From: an uncultured Roseburia sp.
GTDB lineage: Bacteria > Bacillota > Clostridia > Lachnospirales > Lachnospiraceae
Assembly: GCA_964445375.1 (NCBI GenBank)
Contig: CAYUKO010000001.1
Coordinates: 9,302 to 73,301, forward strand
Direction of reading: 5' to 3'
DNA length: 64,000 nucleotides
Part shown: piece by piece, positions 10,279 through 20,725 of the stretch
Layout of the letters: the number at the start of each line of letters is the position of its first letter
Numbering within the stretch: position 1 is the first letter of the stretch
The notes under the pieces: model-generated
Databases searched by the model: none
What the model was told of the DNA's origin: nothing
Seen by the model: only the letters and a program-made list of their open reading frames with translations
Position numbers and translations under genes: made by a program

Positions 10279-10312
10279 ATTCTTTTCCTCGTCTTTCATC
10301 CTTATAGCGCTT

Positions 10313-11290
10313 CTACTTTTCAAGGCATGATATTACAATCTGAGCTATCGCTTCCATGTCTTGTTCTGAATACCGCTGATCCATTGGCAATGGTATTAAG
10401 TATTTTGAAAGTTTCTTCTCAAACAGATTTGCCTCATTACTTTCCAGCACAGCTTTCCACCATTGAGGAACATAAACATGATTCTCAATCAGTTTGCCTC
10501 TTAATAAATCATTTGAAGCCAAAAATGGATAAACCATAGGAGCATTGATACCTTCTAAAGGGATTTCAAGCTCATTATAATCAGATAATGTATGATGCAG
10601 CGCCTTGAAATTGTCTGTTCTTTTCTTTTGAACCGAAGCATAGTCGACAGATTCCAATATACGATGCGTTAATAAAGACATTTCTAATATTGTTTCATCC
10701 TCAATTTTCTCCTCATTCAGGAGACTTTCATGATACAATTCATTTGTTCCCAGCTCATATACCTGTAATAAATAATCAATCTTACTAGAAGAGCTTTTTT
10801 CTAATTCTCTTTTTCTAAGATTCTTTTGGTAAAGATATGCGCCATCGCTTACGCCAAAAAATTTTCTACACGAATAAACAAAGTAGGAATCACCAAACGG
10901 TTCATGAAAAAAGGCTTGTGTATTATCGATAATTAATTGCGAACCATATCGGCCTGAGAGCATTTCTATATCGCTTTTCTTAGCAATGCCAAAATAATTC
11001 GCCCAAAACATACATTCCTTTTCTTTCAATATGATATCGGGAGGTAAAAATTTCTCATCAATGCTATAATACTCAATTTGAATGTCTGATTCTCGCTGAA
11101 TAAACTCTGCAACAGAAGGACACATAAATATTGGCAGATAAACTTTCTCAAAGGAACCATCTTGTATTGCTAAAAGAATAGCACTTCTGGCTTTATTTAA
11201 AGCTATAACATGTTCCATCTGATAATATTCCTGCCCACGCGATAACTCTAATGGAAGATAACCACCATATTCTTTAGTATTCCTTATCAT
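10313..11290 (-). CDS. Short DegT/RffA-like PLP-dependent (amino)transferase-fold protein
   Basis: WANYFG, IIDNTQAF (PLP-binding Asp), YSCRKFFGVSDGA (putative PLP Lys), PLPMDQRY C-terminus; 325 aa. Confidence 0.65.
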   Translation of the reverse strand: MIRNTKEYGGYLPLELSRGQEYYQMEHVIALNKARSAILLAIQDGSFEKVYLPIFMCPSVAEFIQRESDIQIEYYSIDEKFLPPDIILKEKECMFWANYFGIAKKSDIEMLSGRYGSQLIIDNTQAFFHEPFGDSYFVYSCRKFFGVSDGAYLYQKNLRKRELEKSSSSKIDYLLQVYELGTNELYHESLLNEEKIEDETILEMSLLTHRILESVDYASVQKKRTDNFKALHHTLSDYNELEIPLEGINAPMVYPFLASNDLLRGKLIENHVYVPQWWKAVLESNEANLFEKKLSKYLIPLPMDQRYSEQDMEAIAQIVISCLEK

Positions 11291-12833
11291 TTTTGTTATT
11301 TCCTTTCTTTCGGATTTTCTGCAAATATGGCTTAAAAATCGTATTAAATGCTTTCTGCATATTCTTAGTTCTTCCGAAGAATATGATAATCAGCAATGCT
11401 ATTACAAGTTCCGCCACAAGTCCCCGGCAGATAAATTGTAAGATTGGATTTGCGATTACTACATAGCAGATAATATGTTTTACAGCATAAGTAATCGCAA
11501 CAAATGCTACTGTATAAATTACATTTAACAACCAATACTGAATATATACACTAGCTTTCCCTTCAAAGCACTTCTTATTTACCACATAACTTCTTCCGAT
11601 CCAATAAATTCCAAGTGCAAATAAAGTTCCAAGCAATACACCTTCTATTCCCATAAACTGAACAAGAATAATAGAAGAAATCAGGTTTACTCCAGCTGCC
11701 ATTGCGGATATCCATTTATCTTCCTTGAACATGCCATACCCTCTCATAATCATACAATTAGGTTCATGCACCGTATTCATATATATATCAGCTACAATCA
11801 GCCCCAGTAAAAGAGGACTAATAACATATTCCTCTCCAATCCACATGATTACGAAGTCATCCGCTAATCCTAAAATCGGTATTAACATAATGGAACAGAT
11901 TACAAATTGCAGGAAGATAAACATGTGAAACATCTCTTTAATCCTATTTGCGTCCTTTTCCTCACTTAAGAAATTACCCCATGTAGGATTCAGGGAACTA
12001 TTCACGATATTTATTAATTGGCGAATTGACTGTGTAATTGTCTTATAATTAGACAGTAAACCTACTAGTAAAGATCCACAAAATGCTGAAATAACCATAC
12101 TATCCGTTGAACGATATACATATCCTGATATATTACCAAGCACAATCTCTTTCAAATCGGATATTAAATTTACTTTTTCTTCTTTGCTTGTCTCAAATTT
12201 TTTCAATACTAACGGATACTTCTTTTTACAATACCGGGAAATAATGTAGTTAGAGCCGAATAGCTGAACAAACTGCAACAATAGATATAAAATGTAGCTT
12301 TTTGCATATATAATAACGATGAATTTTATTGCATAAATCGCTATATTAAAGAAAATATCAACTGTCGTGCAAAAATATTGATTCTGGTAGGCACCGAGCA
12401 AAGTACGATAATAGTTCACATAGTACGCTGCTGCGGTTGCAGTCAATTGAATAATATAGACCAAATATACAATCTTCATATCAATTGTCGTATTCACAAT
12501 CAAATGAATAAATGGTATACAGGCAATTCCTCCAATTATAATAGCTGTACCAACAATACGATATGCTTTCTTAAATAAGGTAAAGATTTCGCCTATTTTA
12601 GCCTCATCACCTTCTGCAATTGGCTTATACAACCGATAAGAAATGGAGTATTGAATTCCAAGTTCACTTAATGCAAGCATGTTGATTACTTCTACGATTG
12701 TTGCATTTACACCAAGAATTTCTACTCCCAGATAATAAATCAGATATCTTCTGACAACCATTGCCAGAACAATACAAATCATTTGATTAATTAAGTTAAC
12801 GATCGAGTTTCTAATTGCCAGTTTACTTCTCAT
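11274..12833 (-). CDS. wzx: Wzx/MOP-family polysaccharide flippase
   Basis: About 14 TM segments, 519 aa, typical N-terminus (IRNSIVNLINQ...LGVEILGV) and GIEGVLLGT motif. Confidence 0.85.
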   Translation of the reverse strand: MRSKLAIRNSIVNLINQMICIVLAMVVRRYLIYYLGVEILGVNATIVEVINMLALSELGIQYSISYRLYKPIAEGDEAKIGEIFTLFKKAYRIVGTAIIIGGIACIPFIHLIVNTTIDMKIVYLVYIIQLTATAAAYYVNYYRTLLGAYQNQYFCTTVDIFFNIAIYAIKFIVIIYAKSYILYLLLQFVQLFGSNYIISRYCKKKYPLVLKKFETSKEEKVNLISDLKEIVLGNISGYVYRSTDSMVISAFCGSLLVGLLSNYKTITQSIRQLINIVNSSLNPTWGNFLSEEKDANRIKEMFHMFIFLQFVICSIMLIPILGLADDFVIMWIGEEYVISPLLLGLIVADIYMNTVHEPNCMIMRGYGMFKEDKWISAMAAGVNLISSIILVQFMGIEGVLLGTLFALGIYWIGRSYVVNKKCFEGKASVYIQYWLLNVIYTVAFVAITYAVKHIICYVVIANPILQFICRGLVAELVIALLIIIFFGRTKNMQKAFNTIFKPYLQKIRKKGNNKNDKEY

Positions 12834-12881
12834 CTATCTTCTCTTTTCCCTTATTACAAAACCTATCTACTTTCAAGTTCC

Positions 12882-13871
12882 TTAAGCCTTTATTGTTTTA
12901 TAAAATGTATAATTCACAAACTGTTTCGTTCCAAATCCTTCCTTGAATTGAGCTAACGATTTATTTAAGACCTTACCATGCTCCAACGTAGCTGTTCCAA
13001 AGGAAATATATGGATACTCATCTGCAATTGCCTGCTTAATCAGCGAATGGTATAAAAACTCATTCGGATACAATTGTAGTTTTTCCTGATTCGTTGCTAA
13101 ATATTGAGTGTGAAATACCTTTTTACCAAAATCAAATAACATTCCGCCTGCAATCATTTCCTGTTGCTCAAATACACCAAAGAATCTCATTTCCTCTGGA
13201 ATTCGATTTTGATATAAATCCAGAAGTTCTTCACAGGTATGAACAGGCTTTGTATCAAACTTCGTCATATTGTTTAATAAAATCTGATAGAACTGTTTGA
13301 TTTCCTCTTCTGCCTTCAATTCATGGAAAGTCAGTTCATTCTTCAGTGAATATCTATAATCTCGTCGTCTGGATGCACTGAAAGACTTCTCTATTTCGTC
13401 AGGTGATACAGATTTTAAATCAAGGTAATACCCAACTTCTAACATGGATCGATATCCTCTTGTAAAGAGCATGTAGTAAAGCATTTCAAACTCATCCTTA
13501 GAATATAGTTCACTTGTCTGCTTCAAAACAATTTTATCAAATTCCTGTTCTACAAGATACTGCTCAAATAAGTCTATCATTATCTCTAAGTCAGATATCT
13601 TTTTATATTGCTTCCCAACAATCATTCCCCCGAATGTACTACCCTGATGGGAATAGAACACTTTTTCTCCTTCTTCCATGACACAATTGGCTGGAATGAC
13701 TGCTACGATATTGCTTCCTTTCATAATCATAAGCGAATGATCCTGAAATCTGCCCTCTGCATGATAATTTAAGAACTTTCTTGTCTGTAATAATGTACCA
13801 TTAATACTGTCTCTATTTATAAACCGATCCCATGCCATTTCATAGGAATCCTGATATTTTACTATTTCCAT
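12882..13871 (-). CDS. FemAB-like / GNAT (Acetyltransf_6) acyltransferase
   Basis: YSHQGSTFGG, LDL...RRRDYRYSLKN, HTQYLA, ISFG...QFKEGFG; directly downstream of fdtA/fdtB. Confidence 0.75.
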   Translation of the reverse strand: MEIVKYQDSYEMAWDRFINRDSINGTLLQTRKFLNYHAEGRFQDHSLMIMKGSNIVAVIPANCVMEEGEKVFYSHQGSTFGGMIVGKQYKKISDLEIMIDLFEQYLVEQEFDKIVLKQTSELYSKDEFEMLYYMLFTRGYRSMLEVGYYLDLKSVSPDEIEKSFSASRRRDYRYSLKNELTFHELKAEEEIKQFYQILLNNMTKFDTKPVHTCEELLDLYQNRIPEEMRFFGVFEQQEMIAGGMLFDFGKKVFHTQYLATNQEKLQLYPNEFLYHSLIKQAIADEYPYISFGTATLEHGKVLNKSLAQFKEGFGTKQFVNYTFYKTIKA

Positions 13872-13884
13872 TTTTAACTCTCTC

Positions 13885-14298
13885 TTACTTTTTCAAATTT
13901 TTCGCAACCTCAAGGTATGTATCATAATCCCTGATATATTCATTCGCATCATAATGCTCACTCGCAAGTACAAGCAATACTGAGTCTTCTGAAAAGTCAT
14001 ACATATCCTTCCACACCAATTTAGGAAGATAGATTCCAATATGTGGTCTGTCTAAATCAAATATCTTCTGATTTGTTCCGTCATCTACCTTCACCTTAGA
14101 GGTTCCGGCTACGTTAATCAAGACAAACTCTGAATTATAGTTGGCATGTCTGCCACGTATAACATCTTTATCTGAGCCATAGATATAGAAAACTCTCTTT
14201 ATATCAAACGGAATATCCTGATTCCCCTCTACAATGACAAGATGTCCACGCTCATCACCTCTTTGAGGGAATTCTATTAATTTACATTCTTCTATCAT
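13885..14298 (-). CDS. fdtA: dTDP-4-keto-6-deoxyhexose 3,4-ketoisomerase (FdtA/QdtA cupin)
   Basis: DERGHLV, IPFDIKRVFYIY, RGRHA, VLLVLASEHYDANEYIRDY. Confidence 0.92.
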   Translation of the reverse strand: MIEECKLIEFPQRGDERGHLVIVEGNQDIPFDIKRVFYIYGSDKDVIRGRHANYNSEFVLINVAGTSKVKVDDGTNQKIFDLDRPHIGIYLPKLVWKDMYDFSEDSVLLVLASEHYDANEYIRDYDTYLEVAKNLKK

Positions 14299-14322
14299 TA
14301 TTTGTTACCCCTTTCGTAGTTA

Positions 14323-15417
14323 TCATAAAAACGCATTCAGCTTCTCAATGACGTAATCCTGCTCTTCCCATGTCATACCTGTGTAAAGTGGCAGGCTCAA
14401 TACCTCGTTAGCGTACTGTTCTGTGATTGGATATTCTCCCACTTTATGTCCAAGATGTTGATAACAATCTGCCAGATGCGGTGGTATCGGATAATGAATC
14501 TGTGTCTGGATTCCCTGTTCTTCCAGATATTTCTGAAGTTTCTCACGTTCTGCACAACGAATGACATACTGATGGAATATACTATCTGCGCCCTGTCTGA
14601 TTTCCGGCTTTATAATTTTGGCATTGGTAATTCCCTTTGTATAACGTTCTCCCAATACCTTTCGCTCATCATTTAATTCCTTGATATGCGCCAGCTTTAC
14701 TCGTAACAATGCCGCCTGCATTTCATCCAGTCTGGAATTGATTCCTTCAATCTCATTATGATATTTGATTTTGCTTCCATAGTTACGCATCATACGAATC
14801 TTGTCCGCAAAGTCCTTATCATCTGTTACAATAGCACCTGCATCACCGAATGCTCCCAGATTCTTGGTTGGATAAAAGCTAAAGCAGCCTGAGATTCCAA
14901 AAGTTCCTGTCATTTTCCCTTCAAAGCATGCACCATGAGACTGTGCACAATCTTCAATAATAGGAAGGTTGTGTTTCTTTGCAATCTCGACAATATGATC
15001 CATATTGCTTGCCTGACCATACAGATGGACTACCATAATCGCCTTTGTTTTGTCAGTAATCGCTGCTTCGATTCTATCTGCATCTATATTAAAATACTCG
15101 TCTGGTTCAACAAAAACAGGCGTTGCACCATTTTCTGTAATCCCAAGTACAGTTGCAATATAAGTGTTTGCCTGAACGATAACTTCATCGCCCTCGCCAA
15201 TTCCGAGTGCTCGCACGGACATAATTAACGCATCCAGACCCGAGTTTAATCCCACACAATATTTTCTTCCTGTAAAAGCTGCAAATTCCTCTTCAAACTG
15301 CTTTACTTCGTTACCAAGTACATACCAGCCGGAACGCAGTACCCGAAGCGCTGCATCCTCATATTCCTGCTGGTACATCTGAAATTGTCTGTCTAAAACA
15401 TTACATTTTATCTGCAT
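14323..15417 (-). CDS. fdtB: dTDP-3-amino-3,6-dideoxyhexose aminotransferase (FdtB/QdtB, DegT family)
   Basis: [49 protein letters not shown]; adjacent to fdtA. Confidence 0.92.
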   Translation of the reverse strand: MQIKCNVLDRQFQMYQQEYEDAALRVLRSGWYVLGNEVKQFEEEFAAFTGRKYCVGLNSGLDALIMSVRALGIGEGDEVIVQANTYIATVLGITENGATPVFVEPDEYFNIDADRIEAAITDKTKAIMVVHLYGQASNMDHIVEIAKKHNLPIIEDCAQSHGACFEGKMTGTFGISGCFSFYPTKNLGAFGDAGAIVTDDKDFADKIRMMRNYGSKIKYHNEIEGINSRLDEMQAALLRVKLAHIKELNDERKVLGERYTKGITNAKIIKPEIRQGADSIFHQYVIRCAEREKLQKYLEEQGIQTQIHYPIPPHLADCYQHLGHKVGEYPITEQYANEVLSLPLYTGMTWEEQDYVIEKLNAFL

Positions 15418-15442
15418 TTATCCTACCTTACCCTTTCCAAGG

Positions 15443-16567
15443 TTATCTATATTTCTGGATAATCTTCCTCATCTGCTCTACTGACTTCTCCCATAGAAAT
15501 CTTTCAACTATACTATCATGAGCCTGCTGCCCTATGCTTTCTTTCTTAACAGTTAATACGCTATCTATCAAACTTGCTTCTTCATCGCATAGATAGCCGG
15601 TCTTCTCGTCTTCAATAATCAGCTCCGGTCCCGGCGCTCTTAATGCAACTACAACATTTTCATAATACATGGCTTCTAAGATTGCCATTCCAAATATCTC
15701 ATGAGTATTCAGATTCACATAGCACTCTGATAACCGATATAATTCCCACATTCTATCGTTTGGAACTTTTTTATGAATGCTTATCACCTGTTCCAACTGA
15801 CAGTTCTTGATTTCCTGCTCTACTTCATTCAGCAATTCTCCTTGTCCAATCATCATTAAACGATAGGTGCTATCCTTCTCATAAAGCTTTCGAAAAATCT
15901 GTATCATTTTAACAGGCTGTTTCTCAGATGTCATACGGCCGACAAAAAGAATAACCTTATCTTCTTGCTGATATCCCCAGTTCTTCTTAAGCTCTTCTAT
16001 GGAATACTTCGCATAATCCTGTTTCAACAGCTCTGTGTCAAGTCCAACGGGAACAACATGTATATTATCGCCTGCTCCTTGACTTCTCAGATAATCTGCC
16101 AATGCAGGAGTCTTTACCACAGTTGGCATCTTCTTATAATATGGTACATTGTTGCATAGCATGTCAACTACTCTTTTTTTCCATGCAGAAGCGTTATTGC
16201 TTCGTACAACACCTATATAAGGCAGACACAATATGTTATTCTTTTTACACCATTTTGAAAAGCTACCTAATGCAATATAATTATCGGATGCGGTAATGTA
16301 GCAGTCTCTTGTCTTATCAAGCTTATCATAATCTGGTAACGCATGCTTTCCAATATGCCTGCATCTCCGATATTCTACCGTAATGCCACTTCTTTGCTGT
16401 GTCTCAGCTTCCTGTTCCAAATCAGGAATCAGATGATATACCAATGCGTCATGCCCTTTTTCTGCAAATGCCTTGGCGATTCCTTCTGCCTGCGAATTAT
16501 AATACTGGCTGAGATTCTTTGGTTCTGTATTTAATGAAATAACGCCTATTTTTAATATCTTATCCAT
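15443..16567 (-). CDS. GT4 glycosyltransferase
   Basis: [25 protein letters not shown]. Start moved to the ATG that overlaps the upstream stop (ATGGATAA). Confidence 0.85.
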   Translation of the reverse strand: MDKILKIGVISLNTEPKNLSQYYNSQAEGIAKAFAEKGHDALVYHLIPDLEQEAETQQRSGITVEYRRCRHIGKHALPDYDKLDKTRDCYITASDNYIALGSFSKWCKKNNILCLPYIGVVRSNNASAWKKRVVDMLCNNVPYYKKMPTVVKTPALADYLRSQGAGDNIHVVPVGLDTELLKQDYAKYSIEELKKNWGYQQEDKVILFVGRMTSEKQPVKMIQIFRKLYEKDSTYRLMMIGQGELLNEVEQEIKNCQLEQVISIHKKVPNDRMWELYRLSECYVNLNTHEIFGMAILEAMYYENVVVALRAPGPELIIEDEKTGYLCDEEASLIDSVLTVKKESIGQQAHDSIVERFLWEKSVEQMRKIIQKYR

Positions 16568-17630
16568 AAAATTCCTTATACCACTTTGCAAACGCATGAA
16601 GTCCTTCTCTTAAACTGGTTGCTGGTTTAAAGCCAAAATCCTCCTGAAGCTGTGTTACATCCGCATAGGTCATTTCTACATCGCCCGGCTGCATACCAAC
16701 AAGCTCCTTATGTGCTTCAAAATCATAGTCTTCCGGTAATACCTGTGCTTTCTTTAATTCATCCTGTAAAATATCTACAAAATCCAAAAGGTTCTCCGGC
16801 TGATTATTACCAATGTTATAAATCTTGTATTTCACACCGTCTGCATTCGGAAGCGGACTGCACTGCATGACTGCTTTTACACCTGTTACGATGTCATCAA
16901 TATACGTAAAATCTCTCTTACAATTACCATAGTTAAAGATTTTAATCGTTTCATTCTTGACAAGTTTATTCGTAAATCCAAAATATGCCATGTCCGGTCT
17001 TCCTGCCGGACCATAAACAGTAAAAAATCTTAAGCCTGTAGATGGAATCCCATATAACTTGGAATATGCGTGAGCAAGAAGCTCATCTGACTTCTTGGTT
17101 GCCGCATACAGGGAAACAGGATTATCTACCTTGTCCTCTGTAGCATATGGAATCTTCTTATTGCTGCCATAAACAGAAGAAGAACTTGCATATACCAAGT
17201 GCTCTACTCCATTTTCTCCATCATCATAACTATGACGACACGCCTCAAGAATATTGTAAAAACCAATTAAGTTAGATTCTATATATGCATCCGGGTTCTC
17301 AATACTGTAGCGAACCCCTGCCTGCGCTGCAAGATTCACGACTATCTGCGGCTTATATTCTGCAAATAATCTTGTGATCGTTTCCTTCTCCGCAATACTT
17401 CCCTTTATAAAGGTAAAATTACCCGATACCGATTTGGTCAGTTCTTCTATCTGCTGCAAGCGAAATTCTTTCAAGGAAACATCATAATAATCATTCATAT
17501 TATCAATGCCTATGATATGAACATTCTCTGTGCTTCTTAATAATTCCATTGTTAGATTCGAACCAATAAAACCAGCTGCACCTGTTATTAAAATACACTT
17601 TCCATTCAGTAAAATATTTTTCTCCAGCAT
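16560..17630 (-). CDS. NAD-dependent epimerase, UDP-glucuronate 4-epimerase (CapI/WbnF-like)
   Basis: [45 protein letters not shown]. Confidence 0.9.
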   Translation of the reverse strand: MLEKNILLNGKCILITGAAGFIGSNLTMELLRSTENVHIIGIDNMNDYYDVSLKEFRLQQIEELTKSVSGNFTFIKGSIAEKETITRLFAEYKPQIVVNLAAQAGVRYSIENPDAYIESNLIGFYNILEACRHSYDDGENGVEHLVYASSSSVYGSNKKIPYATEDKVDNPVSLYAATKKSDELLAHAYSKLYGIPSTGLRFFTVYGPAGRPDMAYFGFTNKLVKNETIKIFNYGNCKRDFTYIDDIVTGVKAVMQCSPLPNADGVKYKIYNIGNNQPENLLDFVDILQDELKKAQVLPEDYDFEAHKELVGMQPGDVEMTYADVTQLQEDFGFKPATSLREGLHAFAKWYKEFYG

Positions 17631-17646
17631 TATGTTCTTCTCCTAG

Positions 17647-18378
17647 CTATTTCTTACTCAACCTCTCATATATCCGGCTCTTTATCATTATAAAATAATA
17701 TTTCTTCTTCGACATGTATCCGCGCTCATATCGTATAGTTGCATTCTCACGCACACCAATCTGACTGCTTGACATTCCACCAAGCTGAAAATTAGATAAT
17801 ACCTGATAAACTGGCGTAAATACTACTTTCTTAGATTCATAAAAACGAAGCATCAAGTCATAATCTGCTGCGGAGCGGTATTTTAAATCAAATACACCAA
17901 GCTCTCTATAAGTATCCTTTGTAACGAAACAGGTTGGATGGGTAATCATCTGCTCTGAAAGGAAATCATGATGATAGATAAAGGTTGCTTTCTCCTTACC
18001 ATTCAGATAAGTACGCTGCATGCCATAAACTACTTCACATGGATTGCCTTGATAATGCTTCACAACTTGTTCCACTGTATCCTCTTCGTACCAGTCATCA
18101 CTGTTTACAATACCTATTAATTTACCCTTTGCAAGTCCAATTCCCTTATTCATGGCATCATAGATGCCATTGTCCTTCTCTGAAATCAGAGTGAATTGCT
18201 CTGGTAATCTGCTTCGATGTTTCTCGATTATTTCTAATGTTCCATCCGTAGAGCCACCGTCTACAATGATATATTCTATGTTTTTATATGTTTGGTTTTC
18301 TATACATTCTAATGTCTTTTCAATTGTTTTTACGCTATTATAGCATGGTGTCAGTACTGACACTAAGATTTCCTGCAT
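17647..18378 (-). CDS. GT2 glycosyltransferase (WcaE/PGL-type)
   Basis: IIVDGGSTDGT, DNGIYDAMNKGI, VNSDDWY, HPTCF, ADYDL. Confidence 0.9.
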   Translation of the reverse strand: MQEILVSVLTPCYNSVKTIEKTLECIENQTYKNIEYIIVDGGSTDGTLEIIEKHRSRLPEQFTLISEKDNGIYDAMNKGIGLAKGKLIGIVNSDDWYEEDTVEQVVKHYQGNPCEVVYGMQRTYLNGKEKATFIYHHDFLSEQMITHPTCFVTKDTYRELGVFDLKYRSAADYDLMLRFYESKKVVFTPVYQVLSNFQLGGMSSSQIGVRENATIRYERGYMSKKKYYFIMIKSRIYERLSKK

Positions 18379-19544
18379 ACAATCTCTTCCTCATATACTC
18401 TCTCTAACTGCTCTGCAATCGCTCTATAAGAAAACTTCTCTTCTACATAAGCTGCTATTCTTTGCGGCTCATACGGTGAATCCGGCTGCCCTATTGTCAG
18501 GATCATTTTCTCTAATGCCTGCACGAGTTCTTCTTCCTGTTCCGGCTGAATCAGTATTCCATTAAAGTCGTGGACAAAGTCATCCGGTCCGCCATTTGCC
18601 ACAGCAATGACCGGCTTACCACAGGCAAAGGCTTCAATATACACGACACCAAACGTCTCATATCGGCTTGGCAATACAAAGCAATCACACAGCTGCATCT
18701 GCTCTACCACTTGTGAACGTTGTAATGCTCCAAGAAATTCTACACTTTCTGTAACCTTGTATTCTTTTGTCCATTCTACTACTTTTTCCTGTGCTTTTCC
18801 ACCACCACCGACAATAAGTCTTGCCTGTGGGTGTTTGGGTGCAATCCTTGCCCATGCTTTGATTAGAATGTCCATTCCCTTTTTATAAAGCTGTGCTTCC
18901 TCTTCCATGTAGCAAACGGTCAGAAATCTGCAACCATCATTCCTGTGCCCGGTTACCTTAAACTGTTCACAATCCACTACATTTCCGATTACTTCGATAT
19001 TATCCGTATATTCCTCTAACAGCTTTGCAAATGCTCTGCTGACACAGATTACTTTGGATGCTTTCTGAAAAACTTGCGTAATCACAGCATGATTTACAGC
19101 GCTGATTGTATCCTTATGGAGTTGGAAAAGCGTTGCATGCTCAGTAATCACATAAGGAACCTTTACCTTTTCTGAAAGTTTCATAGCTGCATATCCTGCC
19201 CAGACACAACAATGAGCATGGATGATATCCACGCTTTGATTCTGCATATGCTTCTTCCAAAGCATTTCGATGCCCTTGGCAAATGCTTCTTTATGCCCTT
19301 CTATACCATGCTTCATCGGACAAAAGCTTTTGCCGCGATATATCTGTATTCCCTGTATCTGGGATGCGGTCTGTTCTTCATAAATAAGCCATTCTTTCGC
19401 ACATTTTACAGAATAGGTATCACAATAAAGAATCGTTACCTGATGTCCTGCTCTTCTAAGAGCCTTTGCCTGATCCAGAAAGAAGCTGCCTAACGTTGGT
19501 CTGCTCTTTGTCTGGAAAAATGCCGGAATAATTACAATGTTCAT
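18363..19544 (-). CDS. GT4 glycosyltransferase (TuaC-like)
   Basis: IIHAH, YVITEHAT, FVLPSRYETFGVVYIEAFACGKPVI. Start after a GAGG RBS. Confidence 0.9.
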   Translation of the reverse strand: MNIVIIPAFFQTKSRPTLGSFFLDQAKALRRAGHQVTILYCDTYSVKCAKEWLIYEEQTASQIQGIQIYRGKSFCPMKHGIEGHKEAFAKGIEMLWKKHMQNQSVDIIHAHCCVWAGYAAMKLSEKVKVPYVITEHATLFQLHKDTISAVNHAVITQVFQKASKVICVSRAFAKLLEEYTDNIEVIGNVVDCEQFKVTGHRNDGCRFLTVCYMEEEAQLYKKGMDILIKAWARIAPKHPQARLIVGGGGKAQEKVVEWTKEYKVTESVEFLGALQRSQVVEQMQLCDCFVLPSRYETFGVVYIEAFACGKPVIAVANGGPDDFVHDFNGILIQPEQEEELVQALEKMILTIGQPDSPYEPQRIAAYVEEKFSYRAIAEQLERVYEEEIVCRKS

Positions 19545-19552
19545 ATTTGACC

Positions 19553-20725
19553 TCATTCTCTATGCTTTCCTAACAATGTTTTTACTTGCCAAAAATATCC
19601 TTCCGGCTCCTGTCGTTCTGCAAATGGCTGATACCAGTAATATCCCATACATACCAGAAGATAATTTCTAAGTAAATAAACGGAAACAAAATGTGCCTCC
19701 ATCAGGTTATAAATCGAAAATGCCACAATCATAACCAGTAACACATAATCCTTATGTTTCCAGCTCTGCCAGATTAGATACAGATGCATAAGTCCATACA
19801 GTATTCCAGGTATAATTCCATACCAGTAAAATGCTCTTACAAAGCCGGCATCAAAATACATCTCATTCTCAGGTGCCGCAAAAAGCTTCCAGTTCTGAAG
19901 TCTTGCAGCCTCGACCTCATAGCAACGTTCATATCGTCCATTTAATACTTTGTCCAACTTATACATAAAGGTACTACTGTCATTCCAACCATTTCCCATA
20001 TAAGCTCCAAGTATCGAAAAAGCAATACAAACAAGCACTACAAATGCTCCTGCAATGTAAACCCATGAGCTCTTTTGTAAAAGTGGGATATACCGAAGCA
20101 CTACTACTCCTAAAATCGTTACTGTTGCAAGCAGCATTCCCGTATTAGAATCTGACAACAGGTAAGTACCAATATTAATTATCATCAACAACAGATAATG
20201 ATACCACTTCATAGAATCCGCATATAGGTACATAGCAAGCGTGATAACCATCCAGATCATACAATGCAATGCATTTGGGTGACCCATTCCAAGCGTATAT
20301 CTTGTTTCAATGGCTTCTCTTCCATAATCTGCCGTAACAGATATTGCACCGTAAATTCCAGTCACCGATAACAAAATCAGTACTATACAGCCAATCATGG
20401 TTACATAGAAGATAACTTTGATATTCTTCTTGAGGGAAATGTTCTTGCAGGAAGCCACAAACACAACGGCACGTACTGCTTCATCCTTTTCATTGATGAA
20501 ATACGAACATGCTGCAAGCAATCCGACAATCAATATGCAACTCCATTCCTTCATGGAATATTTTGTTGTAATAATTTTGATTCCAAATAATAAAAAGGTA
20601 ATTCGAAACAACTGACTTTCACATGGATTGAGATATGCACTTTTGTCCACAATCACAATCACAAGTTCTATAAATAATGCTATCCAGAAGCATATCTCAC
20701 CTATTCTTTTTGCTTTCGCTTCCAT
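19553..20725 (-). CDS. wzy: Wzy-like polysaccharide polymerase
   Basis: About 10-11 TM segments, RYTLGMGHPNALH (streptococcal-type Wzy loop), SDSNTG, YFDAGFVR. Confidence 0.7.
   Translation of the reverse strand: MEAKAKRIGEICFWIALFIELVIVIVDKSAYLNPCESQLFRITFLLFGIKIITTKYSMKEWSCILIVGLLAACSYFINEKDEAVRAVVFVASCKNISLKKNIKVIFYVTMIGCIVLILLSVTGIYGAISVTADYGREAIETRYTLGMGHPNALHCMIWMVITLAMYLYADSMKWYHYLLLMIINIGTYLLSDSNTGMLLATVTILGVVVLRYIPLLQKSSWVYIAGAFVVLVCIAFSILGAYMGNGWNDSSTFMYKLDKVLNGRYERCYEVEAARLQNWKLFAAPENEMYFDAGFVRAFYWYGIIPGILYGLMHLYLIWQSWKHKDYVLLVMIVAFSIYNLMEAHFVSVYLLRNYLLVCMGYYWYQPFAERQEPEGYFWQVKTLLGKHRE

Noticed and set aside
12834-12881. Possible internal promoter before wzx (TTGAAA...TAATAA)
   Set aside because: The spacer is only 14 nt.
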